Shown here one piece after another: positions 63,822 to 64,000 of a stretch of 64,000 nt of DNA (position 1 is the first letter of the stretch; every line of letters starts with the position of its first letter). The translations under genes and the position numbers were made by a program. The stretch comes from an uncultured Methylophaga sp. (lineage in GTDB: Bacteria > Pseudomonadota > Gammaproteobacteria > GCF-002020875). The stretch lies in the NCBI GenBank assembly GCA_937877715.1, contig CALEHW010000023.1, positions 21,290 to 85,289 on the forward strand. Reading direction: 5' to 3'. The notes under the pieces were generated by a model that had not been told where the DNA came from, searched no databases, and saw only the letters and a program-made list of their open reading frames with translations.

Positions 63822-64000
63822 AATTTGATATTGATGACAGCGACATCAAGGCCAGCAAGATCCCCCATGAGATCTTCCTGACCAATCTTATCGTCAACCA
63901 CGTACTCTACTTCATATCTGCACTGGGAATGGCCAAATCCCTGCCACAACTGGTCGCAGCAACCCCGATAATCTCCATCGGAGCCTTGGGGTACATAATG
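63818..64000 (+). CDS. Hypothetical membrane protein. 3' end lies outside the window.
   Basis: ATG overlaps the upstream stop as ATGA. Hydrophobic segments. Runs to the window edge. Confidence 0.4.
   Translation, partial: MKFDIDDSDIKASKIPHEIFLTNLIVNHVLYFISALGMAKSLPQLVAATPIISIGALGYIM

Overview
This 64-kb window is chromosomal and looks proteobacterial, probably from a chemolithoautotroph-like gammaproteobacterium. One region has E. coli-like synteny (clpS-clpA-infA-trxB ... ftsK-lolA-rarA ... serS). I call about 60 CDS and one tRNA-Arg(CCT). I found no rRNA, no CRISPR, and no integrase, transposase or phage genes.

The first 21 kb (about 1-21.3 kb) is one tightly packed gene array on the + strand. 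Many of its gene junctions overlap as ATGA, which suggests translational coupling. It mixes reductive/oxidative TCA-cycle enzymes with a complete Rnf ferredoxin:NAD oxidoreductase gene set, in this order:
- a SdhB/FrdB-like Fe-S subunit, a FrdA-like flavoprotein (His to Asn at the covalent-FAD site) and a NuoF-like subunit, together a putative soluble NADH-dependent fumarate reductase;
- two-subunit 2-oxoglutarate:ferredoxin oxidoreductase korAB;
- an 822-aa protein of unknown N-terminus with a PFOR-domain-VI-like core and a C-terminal single-cluster ferredoxin domain;
- rnfB;
- a 1286-aa highly divergent pyruvate:ferredoxin-oxidoreductase-like protein that appears to lack the proximal-cluster cysteines;
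- sucC and sucD;
- rnfC, rnfD, rnfG, rnfE and rnfA;
- a 60-aa NqrM-like single-helix Cys protein;
- mdh.

This Rnf + ferredoxin-dependent oxidoreductase array, with its two large PFOR-derived paralogs, is the most unusual feature and the best candidate for an undescribed system.

The rest of the window is mostly housekeeping: hemN, prmB, trx, mogA, lon, uup, slyX, ung, yheS-like, rnb, dacB, htpG, cysG, serS, crcB, an acetolactate-synthase-like TPP enzyme, rarA, lolA, ftsK, ald, trxB, infA, clpA, clpS, rluE and mnmA. Smaller accessory features are:
- a higBA toxin-antitoxin pair beside a 28-bp perfect palindrome and a truncated DUF2384-like antitoxin remnant;
- a copper-chaperone cluster (PCuAC-SCO1 plus conserved hypotheticals);
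- a terminal putative metal-handling module (DUF302, a small CxC protein, an HCxxMCGG membrane protein) with a palindromic operator-like promoter;
- sigma32-type promoters upstream of lon and htpG.
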